Positions 26,301 to 48,530 of a stretch of 64,000 nucleotides of DNA are shown in pieces (the stretch's first letter is position 1; every line of letters starts with the position of its first letter). The DNA is from Botryllus schlosseri (Eukaryota). The notes under the pieces were generated by a model. That model saw nothing but the letters and a program-made list of their open reading frames with translations. It made no database searches and was not told the origin of the DNA. Location of the stretch: assembly GCA_051294905.1 (NCBI GenBank), contig CM119380.1, positions 19,778,001 to 19,842,000 of the forward strand. The letters run 5' to 3'. Both the position numbers and the translations under genes were made by a program.

Positions 26301-29300
26301 ATTCACATTTCAAATATCGGTGCGCATTAAATAAATTAAATTACGGTGTCGTGTTGAATTTTCCTTTCTTCGTGACAGGTTTTCTTGCGTTTTATGTCGT
26401 GTATGTGGTTGTGGTACTGTTAGGACGGTACGTTAATCAAAAAATACGGAAATGGCAAAGCCATGAAGGTAGGCATTGCCAGCTAGTCATGTTATGTGTC
26501 GATTTTGATGGCGGTTTACTTTTCAGAGGGAACGGAGGATCCAAATGAAACAACTGGGCTACTAAGTAATCGTGAAAACACTAATCAAAGATCATCACAG
26601 TGAGTATCCTCCATATCGTATTGTTTAACAAATTTGAAAGTTTACTTTGTCTCTAAGAGGTAGCATTGAGCTTATTTTTGACTTGCAATTCAATAACACA
26701 TTGATTTATGGTCATTTATGTAGTAGCGTAGAGCAGTGCTGAATGCATACAACTCCAATGTAATATATATGCTACTTTTACACAGTGTTATATAACACTT
26801 GCACCATTGTGACGTGCGACCGACGTCGATCATGAACTCTATATTGCGACACCAGACAAAAATATATATTTTACCTATTATATATATTGAAAAATTTGAT
26901 GTTTTATTTCTCTAATTAATGGAAAAGCGTCCAACTTCTTCCATTTTGGAATTGAGATATCAAATTGTAATATATATGGCAGGCCGGCATGAAACTAGCC
27001 ACCGATCGGCACCGGTCCGCGGACCAGTAGTTTAGAACATATGGCATAGAGCAGAAGTTACACAAACCAACACAAAGTGTCGTAGAATATATTTTGAGTT
27101 TTGACGCATACATTGTGCAGTTTGAAGTTCGATGGATTCGTGAGCAAAAGTCAAGAGTAGCTGTTGAATTGATTTGCCAATAATATCACTTCTGAATTTT
27201 TGGCCCCTCTTCAAATTGAAGTTGTGTAATATCCAGCCCGTTTGACAGAGATTCCTCGCAAGAAGATTGGATCGCGCAACCTATTCGGGCATCGCATGAA
27301 CACAACAGAGAAATGCGGGATAGAGGCATCAACTCGGATGAAATTGACTCCGTACACAGTGATGGTAAAATGTCCTATTACATACATTGAATGTGCATCT
27401 ATCTTACGGCATATGATCCCGTTGACTTTGATGTTTCTATACACATCAGAATCTTTTATATGCGAAATTTCACCATTGAACTTTCATGTTGTGAATTAAA
27501 CTAGTTATCATGTCCCAACTACTTGTAAGTTATGTATGCTTGCTATTGTTTGTAACAGGCGCCCAGGCGGAATCTGTTCAATTAGTTGCTGATATTATAT
27601 GTAAAGGGGTAGTGGTGGTATCAATATGGACATCGCTAGACACAATGATCCCAAGTATCAATTGTAATGATTCGTGTTGAGTCTTGAGAGACAACATTTT
27701 TTAGCACTGAAATTCTAGTTTCTACTCTTCCTTCCCGTCATGCGGTAGCCTGAAACATCGACCGACTGTATCACAGCATCCAAAACACATAACGGAATGC
27801 GACACATGTTAGTAGAAACCGGTGTTGGGATGACTCGGGTCACTTTCCGTCGTCGTAAACTGGTAGTAAAGTAATATAATAGTAAGGTACCTCAGTTCTA
27901 TAGACTGCTCACGGTGCTCAGCACTCATCTTGACCAACCACCATGTATTGAACAAATGTTGTTTATATCGCTCGTTAATAATTAGAGCTAGTGGATGTGT
28001 AGGCTTACTAGACTATTATATCAATTTGTTTCAACTTGAGGGAGGCTTCATATTCTATCCTCTATTTCGGCTGATGAATTAATGATTGAGGCTAGAGAGT
28101 TACTTACGCAGTACAGAAGCTCCATGTCTGCGTGAGCGCCACATAGCCGTTTTGCCTCTATATGTCACTCTCTATTCGTTCCTCGATTCTGAATAAACGT
28201 TGACTCATTTTTGTTCCAATCAGCTAGCAAAACGCAACGACTTTGAATCATGCCTCTTGCTTTGAAAATTTAACTTGACTTGACTTGAGTCAACTTTGAA
28301 AATCGAGTGACTTGGCTTGACTCCAGTCAAAATGTGCAATGTCTTGTAATGACTCGTTCCCAACACGGGCAGAAATAAAATTTCTGTGACACAGTGATCA
28401 ACCTACAGCATTGTATCGAAGCGCAATGAAATTGGTACAGTCTAAAAAATGATATCTAATTATCGGTAACATAATGTATAACTGGCATCAATTTTGTGCT
28501 CATATTTGAACTTTCCAAATCATTCATGCTGCCCTGACGTCGCATGCGCAGGATCCACCGTTGTGTACTCGGCATCTTCCAAAGTCTGGTCGCTCATCAA
28601 CCCGCTCGCCGGCACCGATTGGAAAGAGATGTCGTTCCCGTTCAAAGCAATCGAAGTCCTGCAGGTTTGTAGAGTGCTTTTGCGTTTGGCGATCAATTTG
28701 ATATACTCGCTGTAATCTGCCAGGCCCCGATCAAGTTCTTATGCAAACTGACGGTACCCGTGGTCAGCGCCGACCCAGATGTTAATGACTGGAGCAGAAC
28801 GTTGACCTGTTGCCATTGTGTGTTGTCGCCGATGTTTTGCGTATTCGCTGCCAAAGGTGAGATCATTCCTTTCATTTCGATGCTAACCTGCGAGCGACGT
28901 TTTAAAACTAGATATTGAGGCAAAAAATGTGTAGCAATATGAGGAATTGCTATCAACTCTACCGTATAGAAGCGGAACTTCTCGTCTCTGCGGTACTCAG
29001 AACAGCTATGAGTGGATTTGAGATTCAAATCCAAGTCCAAATCCTGCAGTGACTAAAATCTGTGGTACTAAATTGAAAATGATCGGAATTTCCATCTCCC
29101 TATCCAAACCGTTATCCAGCTTGAAAATAAAGTCCATAATCTATCCAAATCCAGCCTAGATCTTGAATATGTTTTCAGTCAAATCCAAAGCCATAATCAT
29201 CTCGGTCTCAAATATGTTTTGTCTACTTGAGCTTGTTTCTCCAGTGGTTATGTTATGTCACTTCAACAGTTTTTGAATCTTTTTACATTATAGATTTCCA

Positions 29301-31283
29301 ATATACAGTTAAATGGCAACTAGTAGGGAATTTGAAAGAACATTGTATATCAACAATTGTATCACAAAATACGCCGTCACCGGCATGTAATTAGAATAAT
29401 CAGGGCAAAGAGAGAGAGCTTAAGCTTAATGTAGGCTACTATTTTTAGATGGTATACGAACTCCTTCTGTAGGCACAGACTTGGCTGGCGTATTTAGATT
29501 TTGTGAAGTAGAAAGTGTTATGTGGATAGATTTTGAGTAATAAAATTGTCGTGAAATGCAGCGGTTTACGCACTGTAGCGCAATAACCGAATAAAACTTT
29601 GACAAAGGCACCTACGTTGTAGTATAAGTAGTCATTTTGGGAGATTGGCGAGTATACGTCTTCAGTCTACTTTTTCAAACTACTTACAGGGAAATTTTCA
29701 GTCCTCTGGTTTTCTAATTAAAGCGGTTTTGACATGTCTTGAAAATCTCTACTTCTTGCAAGTGAGTAGAAATCACCTGAATATTATTCACATTTTTCAT
29801 CAATTAGTATTAGTGAAACGGCAGACGATGATCGGCAGGCTTGACAGGTATTGAATATGTAGCGTGGCCACTTTCTACGTGCTACGAGTCTAGTATCAGG
29901 TGTGTGACTGCACATGTGTTGTGAAAATAGTATGTGTCATGGCGTGTGCGACACTGAAGCTTTAATCTTTGCATGCATGATGTGTTACCGGTCAGTCGGT
30001 TTCAGTTGCACTGGTACTTTTTTGTTTATTTCTGATATGCTTCGTTGTGGCTGATGAATGTAAAATTCTTGTTGCGATGAGTATGATGAATTATTATCCA
30101 TCATTCCCAAATCATGTGCTCATGTAATATATTCTTGCAGTTGCGTTCGTTAAAGTCGGTGTGATGCCGCTATGGTCTATATTTCTGATTGCCGGCGCCA
30201 CGTTTGCAACATTAGTTTGGTTAACTTCCTCGGAATTGAGAAGACCAAAGTATTACTGGGTATGGCAAAGAAGATATATCGTGGGCTTTTGGTGACATAC
30301 CATCTTCTCTCTTAGGTTTTCGCATATGTCGGATTTGTGGCTTCCGTACTGTGGACCTACTGCGTGGCGAATGAAATAGTTAATTTGCTGCAAACATTCG
30401 GCGCCTTGATCAATGTCTCGAACGTTATCATGGGCCTTACTTTTCTGGCTTGGGGAAACTCTATCGGCGACACGGTGGCGGATGTTACACTCGCTAAGCA
30501 GGGATTGGCGAGGATGGCTATTTCGGCATGCTTTGGAGGGCCGTTTTTCAGTATCCTTTTCCTAATGCATCAACTGGTTTTGACGGTATTGTGAGAATCA
30601 CAAAACGATGGTGTCCACTAATAGTGGAATCGCCCGAATGTAATTTTATCTGTAGTACACATTTCTATTGTCGCAATAATCACAACCTGATACTATGGCA
30701 TACCATCATTGTTGAACATTGGTCCCTAAACTGTGGTACACAAGTAACATCAGTTAATGATGTAACCCCTACTGGTTCATACAACAGTTCATACCCATAA
30801 CGCTGCTGATCACAGTATTATTTACCTGCCTCATAGAGATCTATACTTTGTAACATAGGATTATCACCAATCCACAATCTTTATGCTTTTGTGTATGAGA
30901 CTTAACGATCTCTTATTAAGATCTAATTATAGGCATCGGACTCCCGTGTACCATCGCTATTATTACTAACAAAGGCAACCCAATTGAGGTAAGTGCTCTT
31001 CCATGGAAAATTTGCTAGTTGATATGTATCCCGGTGCGGAGATGGCCAGGAAATTCTTTTTGTGGTCTGTTGTAACATACTGGTTATGTCTGTTCAGATT
31101 CAGTTCACCGCTGTGGAGCAGATTCTGGTCAGCAGTCTCCTCTTCAGTCTGGCATTTTCCTTCGTTGTGGTGCCGTTGCGGAAATTTCAAATGACCAAGT
31201 CCTATGGTGTCTTGCTAATCTTACTCTATGTGGTATATCTTCCAATTGTCATTCTGGCAGGCATTCATATTATAGATTGGTGA
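23318..31283 (+). CDS. SLC8B1: Mitochondrial Na+/Li+/Ca2+ exchanger NCLX (CaCA family); exons 23318-23440, 23934-24089, 25254-25306, 25375-25432, 25567-25678, 25738-25905, 26379-26468, 26527-26599, 27222-27358 (tentative), 28552-28664, 28724-28856, 30141-30259, 30316-30550, 30921-30988, 31098-31283
   Basis: Alpha-1 repeat NIA/GITVVAFGNGAPDIFSAV, alpha-2 repeat MGLTFLAWGNSIGDTVAD, N-terminal Cys-rich CQMDEGFVNY, and the RPFLRDVIFY and LINPL...TVPVV motifs. All junctions are in frame once two U12 introns are allowed. Confidence 0.93.
24115..24381. mobile_element. hAT-type MITE (same family as 13243-13587) in SLC8B1 intron 2
   Basis: TIR tagggttaccata / tatggtaacccta; 8-bp TSD CCTTATGA at 24107-24114 and 24382-24389. 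Confidence 0.92.
25433..25566 (+). other. U12-type (minor spliceosome) AT-AC intron of SLC8B1, 134 nt
   Basis: 5' site |ATATCCTTTT, branch site TTCTTAAC at 25543-25550, 3' end ...CAAC|. Removing it gives the in-frame alpha-1 motif SQNIA/GITVVAFGNG. Confidence 0.92.
27820..28368. mobile_element. hAT-type MITE with c(a/g)gtgttggga termini and gactc/gagtc subrepeats
   Basis: cggtgttgggatgactc ... gactcgttcccaacacgg; degraded TSD gtagaaac / gcagaaat. Another left end starts at ~63965. Confidence 0.7.
30551..30920 (+). other. U12-type GT-AG intron of SLC8B1, 370 nt
   Basis: 5' site |GTATCCTTTT, branch-like GACTTAAC at 30899-30906 close to the 3' AG at 30919-30920, no polypyrimidine tract. Removing it gives ACFGGPFF/NLIIGIG, matching the family motif after alpha-2. 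Confidence 0.85.
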
Positions 31284-31437
31284 TATTTCTCTAAATTTTT
31301 CCAATTCCATATCCATGATATAATACTAATTTTACGTGCAATATTGGAACAGCAATATGCTTTAATGAATACACACCGAATTACCTATGCAATTTTGATC
31401 CCTTAGTTCCGTTCAGTGTGCCTTGTTGTAATTTTTC

Positions 31438-31443
31438 AATAAA
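31438..31443 (+). promoter_or_regulatory. Candidate polyadenylation signal of SLC8B1
   Basis: AATAAA 155 nt after the stop codon. Confidence 0.5.
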
Positions 31444-31871
31444 TCTCTCAGCTAACGTTCATCCTTACTGGTACCCCAAGATTTATACTGGCACATTTTC
31501 GGTGCTAATTATTTTTCATCACAATTATTTCAATATATTGGTATCGAAATGCAGTCACTGATTTGGCTCGGCGTGCAATTGTGCAATGTGCATTTATGAT
31601 TTCAAAATATCATATTCGGCTCGCTACATTTTATTCAATGATTTTATTGGTTGTTATGAATGAATTTTCCTATATAATGCGTTAATATCTTCAGCATATG
31701 GAGGGTGTAGGGTGGGTAGATCTGGTTATCATAGAAAACAATGATTGCTGTGTTGATATCTTCAGTAATGTGGAGGGTACGGGGTGGGTGGATCCAGTTA
31801 CAGAAATAGCGTTTCTATCACAACTTTAGACTAACCCGTGTACGTGGACTGAAGTAGCTTTGACATTGGTA

Positions 31872-32342
31872 CAGGGTTGTAACCAAGGCTCCGAGTCACA
31901 AGTCAATCTCTCTTATAGTTTTGACTCAAGTCATTTTCAATTCACCACTGAGTACAAGTCAGCGAGCAGAGGTCCGAGTCGTGGTATTGACTTGAGTCCA
32001 AGTCATTGTGTTGATTGCCCAGTTTCCAGTTGTAATCACTTTTTAAAATTCTTTTTGGTGATATCGAATGGTTCGCATGTATAATATACTGATTTTCCTC
32101 ATTTTAGCAGTTTTTGGTCGCATTTTTAAGTGCCAGTACCAATAGACGAAATCCCAATAGCGTGGTTAGTTTACTGTTCTTCGCAATTACAATAATGTCG
32201 GTCTTGGCCGTCTGAGTCTCGAGTCATGCGCAAAGACTCGAGTCCAAGTCGAGTCAATACACAGATTGACTCGAGTCATTTCCTAATTTTGAGAAAATGA
32301 CTCGAATCAAGTCGAGTCATGGCTTGAGTCATTACAACCCTG
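31872..32342. mobile_element. hAT-type MITE with gactcgagtc subrepeats
   Basis: TIR cagggttgtaa / ttacaaccctg; 8-bp TSD CATTGGTA at 31864-31871 and 32343-32350. An inverted left-end fragment lies at ~43690-43822. Confidence 0.9.
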
Positions 32343-32828
32343 CATTGGTATGGGTGGGGGCATTGCCGAGTAGAAGGGTGCATTTTCAACTCGGCTGTGA
32401 TGTCATACCATACTATTTCACTGCGTTAGCACTTCGCGTCCTTGATGCAATTTTTCCATCCTTAGTTATCATGCCTATGGCCACAGCGAATAGTTGGGAA
32501 TTCTCATTACATGACCGACTGACAGTTACCACTAGCACGGTACGGTTATCAAGCTACCGTATGGAAGTTCCGCTTGCTAATATCGAATAAAACAACGAGT
32601 TATGAACATTGCTGCATGGTTTTATTTGTTAGAAACAAATACGTGACGCATTACTACAGCCTACTCGAGTTGTCCGGCTATGATATCTGGGCTCGTGAGG
32701 CTATGGCTGCCGAGGGGGGTGAATCCAACCAGAGACGTCGGGGTTAAAAAGCTTATAAGTCGTCCATTAAGAGCTGAAATATGGGTCACCGTACGGTTTG
32801 CGCATCATTGTGATAACTGTGTTTTAGC

Positions 32829-33249
32829 CTAGTTGTAGCCCTTCCAAGCGAAGCTGTTGACTATTCCCATATTTCGTATCCTTCCCTTCGGAACTCGGTT
32901 AGCGTCTGTCGCTTTACTGGCTGAGTTGGCGTATAGGCGATCCACTATTTTGGATATTTCAGCTTCTTCCGCTCGCCTGTGCTTATGCTCAGCTGGCCAC
33001 CATCGTCTAAAAAAACGTAAATTATCACAACTGGTGCCGGTGATCGTTACAAAACGTGATGTAGTGAAATTTGTAATGGCCCGGATATTCGCACGAAAGC
33101 TGTCTCTATTAGTCCACTTACTTCACTTTCTGAGAAGTCGGTCTTCGCAATCGTTCCACTGATTGTTCTATTTCATATTCGGTTAACTTCTGGTGGCCCA
33201 ACTTGAGCCGGCTCTTGGGAATCGTCCCGAATGATCGTCCTGGGGGCAT
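32829..33249 (-). CDS. Small uncharacterised basic protein, 101 aa, two exons 33249-33122 and 33006-32829 (absent from the ORF track)
   Basis: ATG in the context gcatcATG. A donor AA|GTAAGT and an acceptor TTTTTTTAG| join in phase 2 across a 115-nt intron, giving MPPGRSFGTIPKSRLKLGHQKLTEYEIEQSVERLRRPTSQKVKRWWPAEHKHRRAEEAEISKIVDRLYANSASKATDANRVPKGRIRNMGIVNSFAWKGYN. AATAAA lies on the minus strand at 32626-32621. Confidence 0.7.
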
Positions 33250-34192
33250 GATGCCAATCTACCTAACAGGCCCACAACGACGATCTTAATCGCCAGATTC
33301 CTTATAATCGATTGTTGAGAGACGAAACAATGGTATTGTGGTACTCAATGCTCGCGTTCGCTTACCGTCTGAATTCTTTTGTGCGATTGTGCAATGAAAG
33401 AACGGCTACAGGCTGGATTTCGTTACGGCTTTACAGGAGTGGTTTAGCGTATCGTGATAATGTCACATTAAAATTGAGAGACTACCGTCATATTGATTTG
33501 TCGCAAGAACTCGCTAAATAGTAACTAGCGTTCGAACTACCTGATCACATTTTTCAGCATTCGATTTGGCCTATGCCTTAGCGTATAGCACAGCATTTGG
33601 ATTTCTCGTTCCTATTTCATACTTGTCATTGAGTGCGCTTGCGCATGTGTCTTATCCCGTCCGCAGCAGTTTCAAATCATTTTGTTTATTTGATCTGGTA
33701 CACCCATCCAGCTGTACTCAACTCACGGAACCTCAGTTAACGTGACTTGGTGGTACAGCTAACAGGCTGATATACCGCTACCTATTCTACTAGGCCGAAC
33801 AACATGGTAAACTGCCATCTTCATTAGTAGACTTAATCCCTTTCACTGGTGCTGCATCTTGCAATCACTAATACTAAGCCTACATAGTACATAATAAGGG
33901 CATATCTCAAATAATATCAATGCCCTCAACGATCCGCATGCAGTTAATCATTTGCGACATGTAGAAGGTGAATTCCATGTTTGAATTTTTCGAGTTAACA
34001 AATGAATTCTCTCGCACCTACAGTCCCACACCTATGCTAGATGACTGTCCAATGTTCAACCCTGCCTGAGTAGTCCCTATCCGAGAACACAAAAATCAAC
34101 CGTCTCAAGAGAATAAAGGAATAATTTTGACATTAACAGAAATAAGTTCTTCGGACTGTTCACTTTTCAGAGTAAATGCAACTAATCGAGGT

Positions 34193-44243
<10,051 letters not shown>

Positions 44244-45460
44244 TCTAGCCAGGCACTACAAATATACGGTGCTACAAATATGAATTTCTGGAAATGAAAA
44301 TCAAGTTTAGACTATTTGGCATTGATGGCGAAATCACAAAATTTTCAAGCTAATCTTGGTATCAATTATTACGATTTGATTGACATATTTTTAGTTATCG
44401 AACCAATCTCAACGGTTTAATGCAGTATCGAGTATCCTATACACCTTCTACATATCTCTCATCGTCTTCAGTACTGGCCTATAATCCCGGGAAGAGTGAC
44501 ATGTCATCCGAAAAGAGAGGCACTCGTGGACAAAATCAAAGCTAAGAACTATAAAAATATTAGCCTATTCATCGCATGATGCTGTCGAATTATTTGCTAT
44601 TGAACGAACGCAGTTCTCTGCATCATCAGCTTATGTCGATTCCCAGCTTTTGACAGTCCATGAGAGTGTATTTATGACTGAATTTCACAACTACTTATAC
44701 CGGTTGGCGGTTCGGTTACTATGCCGTTATACTTGAGTAGAATTCAAAGCCAGATATTTCCACTCGCATTTGACTTTTGCATCGATACTTCTACTCGAAT
44801 GGAATTTTCGACAACTTTGACCACCTCTGATAGGTGTGCAGTACAGGTAATATAGCCAATACTCCAACAGTTCAAGTGTGCAAGCTATAATATATCATAA
44901 CCTCCTGAACCTGACACAAGCATAACACGGTAGCGCAACCTGCTGAACCTCAAATGATGTTGCTTTGCTTCTTTCATTTATATTATATTACAATAAAATG
45001 AGGTATAGTAGCGACAAGATCACCAAAAATTCACAGCATGTCCAAGCCTTCACGAACGACCTCCAAGTCGTTCCATCTAATCGGGACGACTTGGTGAAAA
45101 TGCAGTATCTAGATGGAGTCGATTTGTACGTTGCGTAACAATCGATGTTGTGTTGTGACACATGTATCGAGAACTACTACCTGAACGGAGTGCCTGGCCA
45201 CCCCGATGTCAATGACTCACAGTCATCATCATTGGTTTATTAGCAATTTTATCAGTTCAATACACCACAAAAAATGCGATACAATGAAAAGAAAGGAAGA
45301 TGTCGAAGCGACTAGGAGTTGTCTATGGAATCAGACACCCACCTTGGCCTAGGCGATGTAAAGAGGAGGCATGCACACTGAATGAAAGTAAAGAAGATAG
45401 AATAGAAAAAGGAAGCGACAAGAAATAGGGCGGCATGTCATGGGAAGCGAGATCGATAGG

Positions 45461-45760
45461 TCAGTCGTGGTCCGGTAATCTTGAGGATGGACTGTATTTA
45501 TTTAGTAGTAATTGCTTGTATTTCGACCTGAATGTGGACATGCTCGTCGACTGCCGGATGGCCGGCGGGATACTGTTCCACACATCAGGTCCGGCATATT
45601 TGATAGAGCGATGATCTTTTCGGCCGATCATATGATATTTGGACGGCGTGGACGCGCGTGTGTTGTACTTTTTCACTTTTGATTCATAGGTAAAGAAGTC
45701 ATTGAAATATTCGGGGCAACGATAGGGGGGCGATGGCGCGTTAAAACGGCTATTATTGGA
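45461..45760 (-). mobile_element. 3' end of a CR1/L2-like non-LTR retrotransposon ORF2 (fragment)
   Basis: CPEYFNDFF...YNTR...RSIKYAGPDVWNSIPPAIRQSTSMSTFRSKYKQLLL matches the typical C-terminal tail of CR1/L2-group ORF2 proteins. Confidence 0.75.
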
Positions 45761-46134
45761 GTCGGGACCGTAACTACCGCTCCCCAACCCCCCAATTGGG
45801 AGTTGAGGGCCCGAAATCGAAGGAAGCCCAATTTATTTCGTGAATTAACATGAATGATAGAGTATTTTTTTAGAAATTCATGAGACATTTTCAAAAGTTT
45901 GCGCGCTGCGCGCGATTTAATATTGTCATGTATCTTGATGTTGGAGTCCCCGTCAACCAACAAAAATACGCATGATTTATGGATATGGGAGACTTCGGCG
46001 TCGGCCATCGTCACGACACACCAAGACATATGAAGTTAGAGGCCATGTAACATGCGACTCCGAGAAGTGTGCCAGAAGGATCGGCAGCGAGAAGACCTAG
46101 TCCAAAAGGAATGCCCTTGTGCTGACCGAAAACT

Positions 46135-46551
46135 TCGATATATATACAATATATGTTTAATTGTCCATTGGCGCCTCAATGGCTGGCGTCGAATGTTCCT
46201 GTTCTGGCGACCTTAACCCTACAGGACAAATGCCATCCCGCAAGGAAAAAATTATTTGATAGTAAAGAAATACCAATATGAAATCATGTGCATCTTTTAG
46301 TTTGGTACGTCTTGACGATTTCCATATCTTCTGACATCGCAGATATAGGAGGTCACGAAATATTATCATGTAAAGAAGTCAATATAACAACGATTCCGCC
46401 GAAGATGTTTAGTTATTATTTAGGGGTCGTACCTTTTCCAACATACCACATCGACCATATATTGACCGATTCATACTTGAATTATATAAATTTGTGATCG
46501 GTGTGGAGCTTCAAAAGTGGGCGATGGGTCGAAAAAGGTTGGGAACCACTG
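46135..46551. mobile_element. Fragment of the Charlie-like hAT family seen at 55143-56992
   Basis: gaaaacttcga...tttaattgtccat(t/g)ggcgcc...ttttagttt is homologous to ~55330-55680. It ends in the terminus aaaaaggttgggaaccactg. Confidence 0.75.
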
Positions 46552-47130
46552 ACGTAGACCATAAAATTCTCATCTCAAAATTGGGGTCTTACGGATTTCG
46601 GGGCCCACAACTTGAGCTCATGAAAAGTTACCTCACTGGACGCCAACAAATGGTTGCAATCTCAAACACCTTGTCCTCTCCTCACCTGGTAACCTGACAA
46701 GATGGCGTAGTGGTTAAGCGTCTGGCTTCTTGATCGGTAGGTCGTCGGTTCGTTTCCCGGCCGGGTCAGACCAAAGACCTAATTAGTAACACTGGTATCC
46801 ATGGCTACCCTGCTTGGCGCTATTGCTCATGGGATAGCATGGAGGGGTGGTGAATGACTTAGAAAGCCATAAAGGCTATATCTGCACTTCCTTGTCCAGC
46901 GGCATATGCACATCATGCACTTATGGTATGCATATGCGCAGATCGTGTGTATGTGTATCATGAGTCGGTGTATATGGCGCAAAAACATCAAGGACAAAAA
47001 TTAAATTACGTCCTTTCCCTGTGGTGTACCCCAAGTCTCAGTACTTGGACCGGTCCTCTTCACCATATGTGTCAACGGCATATTTGAAACCTCCTCATTG
47101 AACACCAGCACATTGTTCGCTTATGATATA
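46552..47130 (+). mobile_element. Reverse transcriptase fragment of a CR1/L2-like LINE, split by a SINE
   Basis: VDHKILISKLGSYGFRGPQLELMKSYLTGRQQMV...VT (46552-46695) resumes at 47020 as CGVPQVSVLGPVLF...TLFAYD. These are the RT motifs GVPQGSVLGP and a degenerate YADD. Confidence 0.88.
46696..47012 (+). mobile_element. tRNA-derived SINE inserted into the LINE RT fragment
   Basis: A box TGGCGTAGTGG and B box GGTTCGTTTCC, a broken acceptor stem, ~240 nt of non-tRNA body and an A/T-rich tail. Confidence 0.82.
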
Positions 47131-48329
47131 CTCACCTCCTCTCTTCCGCATCTTCAACGGCAGAGCTGGATGCCCTGACTATAGCGACCAAATATGGCGA
47201 ACAAAACCACTTGCGTTATACTCATAATCGCCAATCAAATAATAATCAACAACAACAACATGCTGGAGACTATAGGCTATATGTTCTTATTTAAAACAAA
47301 ACAAACATTGCTGTGCTGATGATATCGTACACACGTCAGAAACATAGTGGCAAGATTTCATAGGCTGGTCGACCTCAATAACCAATTTGTCATAACTATA
47401 TAGAGATGAAAGTCGATTGTTCCGTCTCGATTCTTAGAACAGGATTGAAATTTAAATCTGTGAGCAGCGATCTGTTCATAGATTTTTCTAATTCCACTTT
47501 TGGTTCAGTTCCTAGGACACATAATGCTGACAGCATCACAACCATGTTAGAGCTCCAAGCACGCTTCTACGATGTGTAGATAAAATATGAATACCCCATT
47601 TCTACGCGTACAGAGAACGAATCTACCTAAGACGCGCGCAAATCGTTTGCATAAGCACATCATTGAAATAATTAAAACTGGATCGAGTGGCCAATATGAA
47701 ATCCCATCCGAATTACGTCAATCTCGTTTAGGATTTCTGTGATGTTTAGTAGTTGAAACCTTTCAAACTGCGTGGGCCTTGAGATCGCGGGCTGTCGCGC
47801 CTGAAATTAAACATAAAGTAAGGAAGTATTTAAGAACAGTGGTTCTCAAGCTTTTTAAGACACCCCCCCCCCCCTTATGATGGTGAAAGATTTCTCGCCA
47901 GCCTTATCGTCATATCACAAAACGCAGCCAGGGTGCTAGCAAACCTAACAGATAGCTTAATGGCACGGAAGGTTAGGACTGTGGATCAGGGATTTTTAAA
48001 TATGAAATTGAGACTAAATACAGAGCAATAATGATGAAGTGAAGGAGAAAATTTTTTCAGCGGAGGGGGCGCACCCCAGTTTTAGTACCACTGCCGTAGA
48101 ATTATCATGGTGAAATATACTGAGAACAAGTTTAATCAAGACCTGCATTATTCGATTTTTAGTGCGGATTTTATCAGTATTTTTTATAAAAAGTTTCTTC
48201 AGACTCTCGCGGGCCGCACAGAACGGGCCGTAGTTTGCTCACCCCTGCTCTAAATTATCATCGAAGTGCGGCCTGTCCTACATTTCATGCCGGCCTGGGT
48301 TCTTATACTCTTTAAATCCTTAATCCAAT

Positions 48330-48530
48330 CGAAGTTACTATGGCATCCTCTGTTGGAGGGCTGCTAGTAAAACTGCACTCGAGCCACTGCAAAAACTACA
48401 ACATGTACTCCGTATCATAGCTAGTGTCCCAAATGGGCCTGGTGGTCCATCCAACAAGTCGCTGCTGAAGAGATTCGGTGTTCTAAACATAGAAGATGCG
48501 CGGAAACTAGAAATCGCCAAGTTTATGCTG
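48330..48530 (+). mobile_element. Post-RT (thumb) region of a CR1/L2-like LINE ORF2 (fragment)
   Basis: YGILCWRAASKTALEPLQKLQHVLRII...LNIEDARKLEIAKFM matches the remembered family pattern YG...W....K..L..L..LQ...LRII...KFM. Confidence 0.75.

Noticed and set aside
27559-27600. Extra SLC8B1 exon (SAQAESVQLVADII)
   Set aside because: Using its apparent donor would create TGA at the junction with the exon at 28552.
46696-46768. tRNA gene
   Set aside because: The acceptor stem does not pair, and the sequence continues into a SINE body inserted in a LINE RT.
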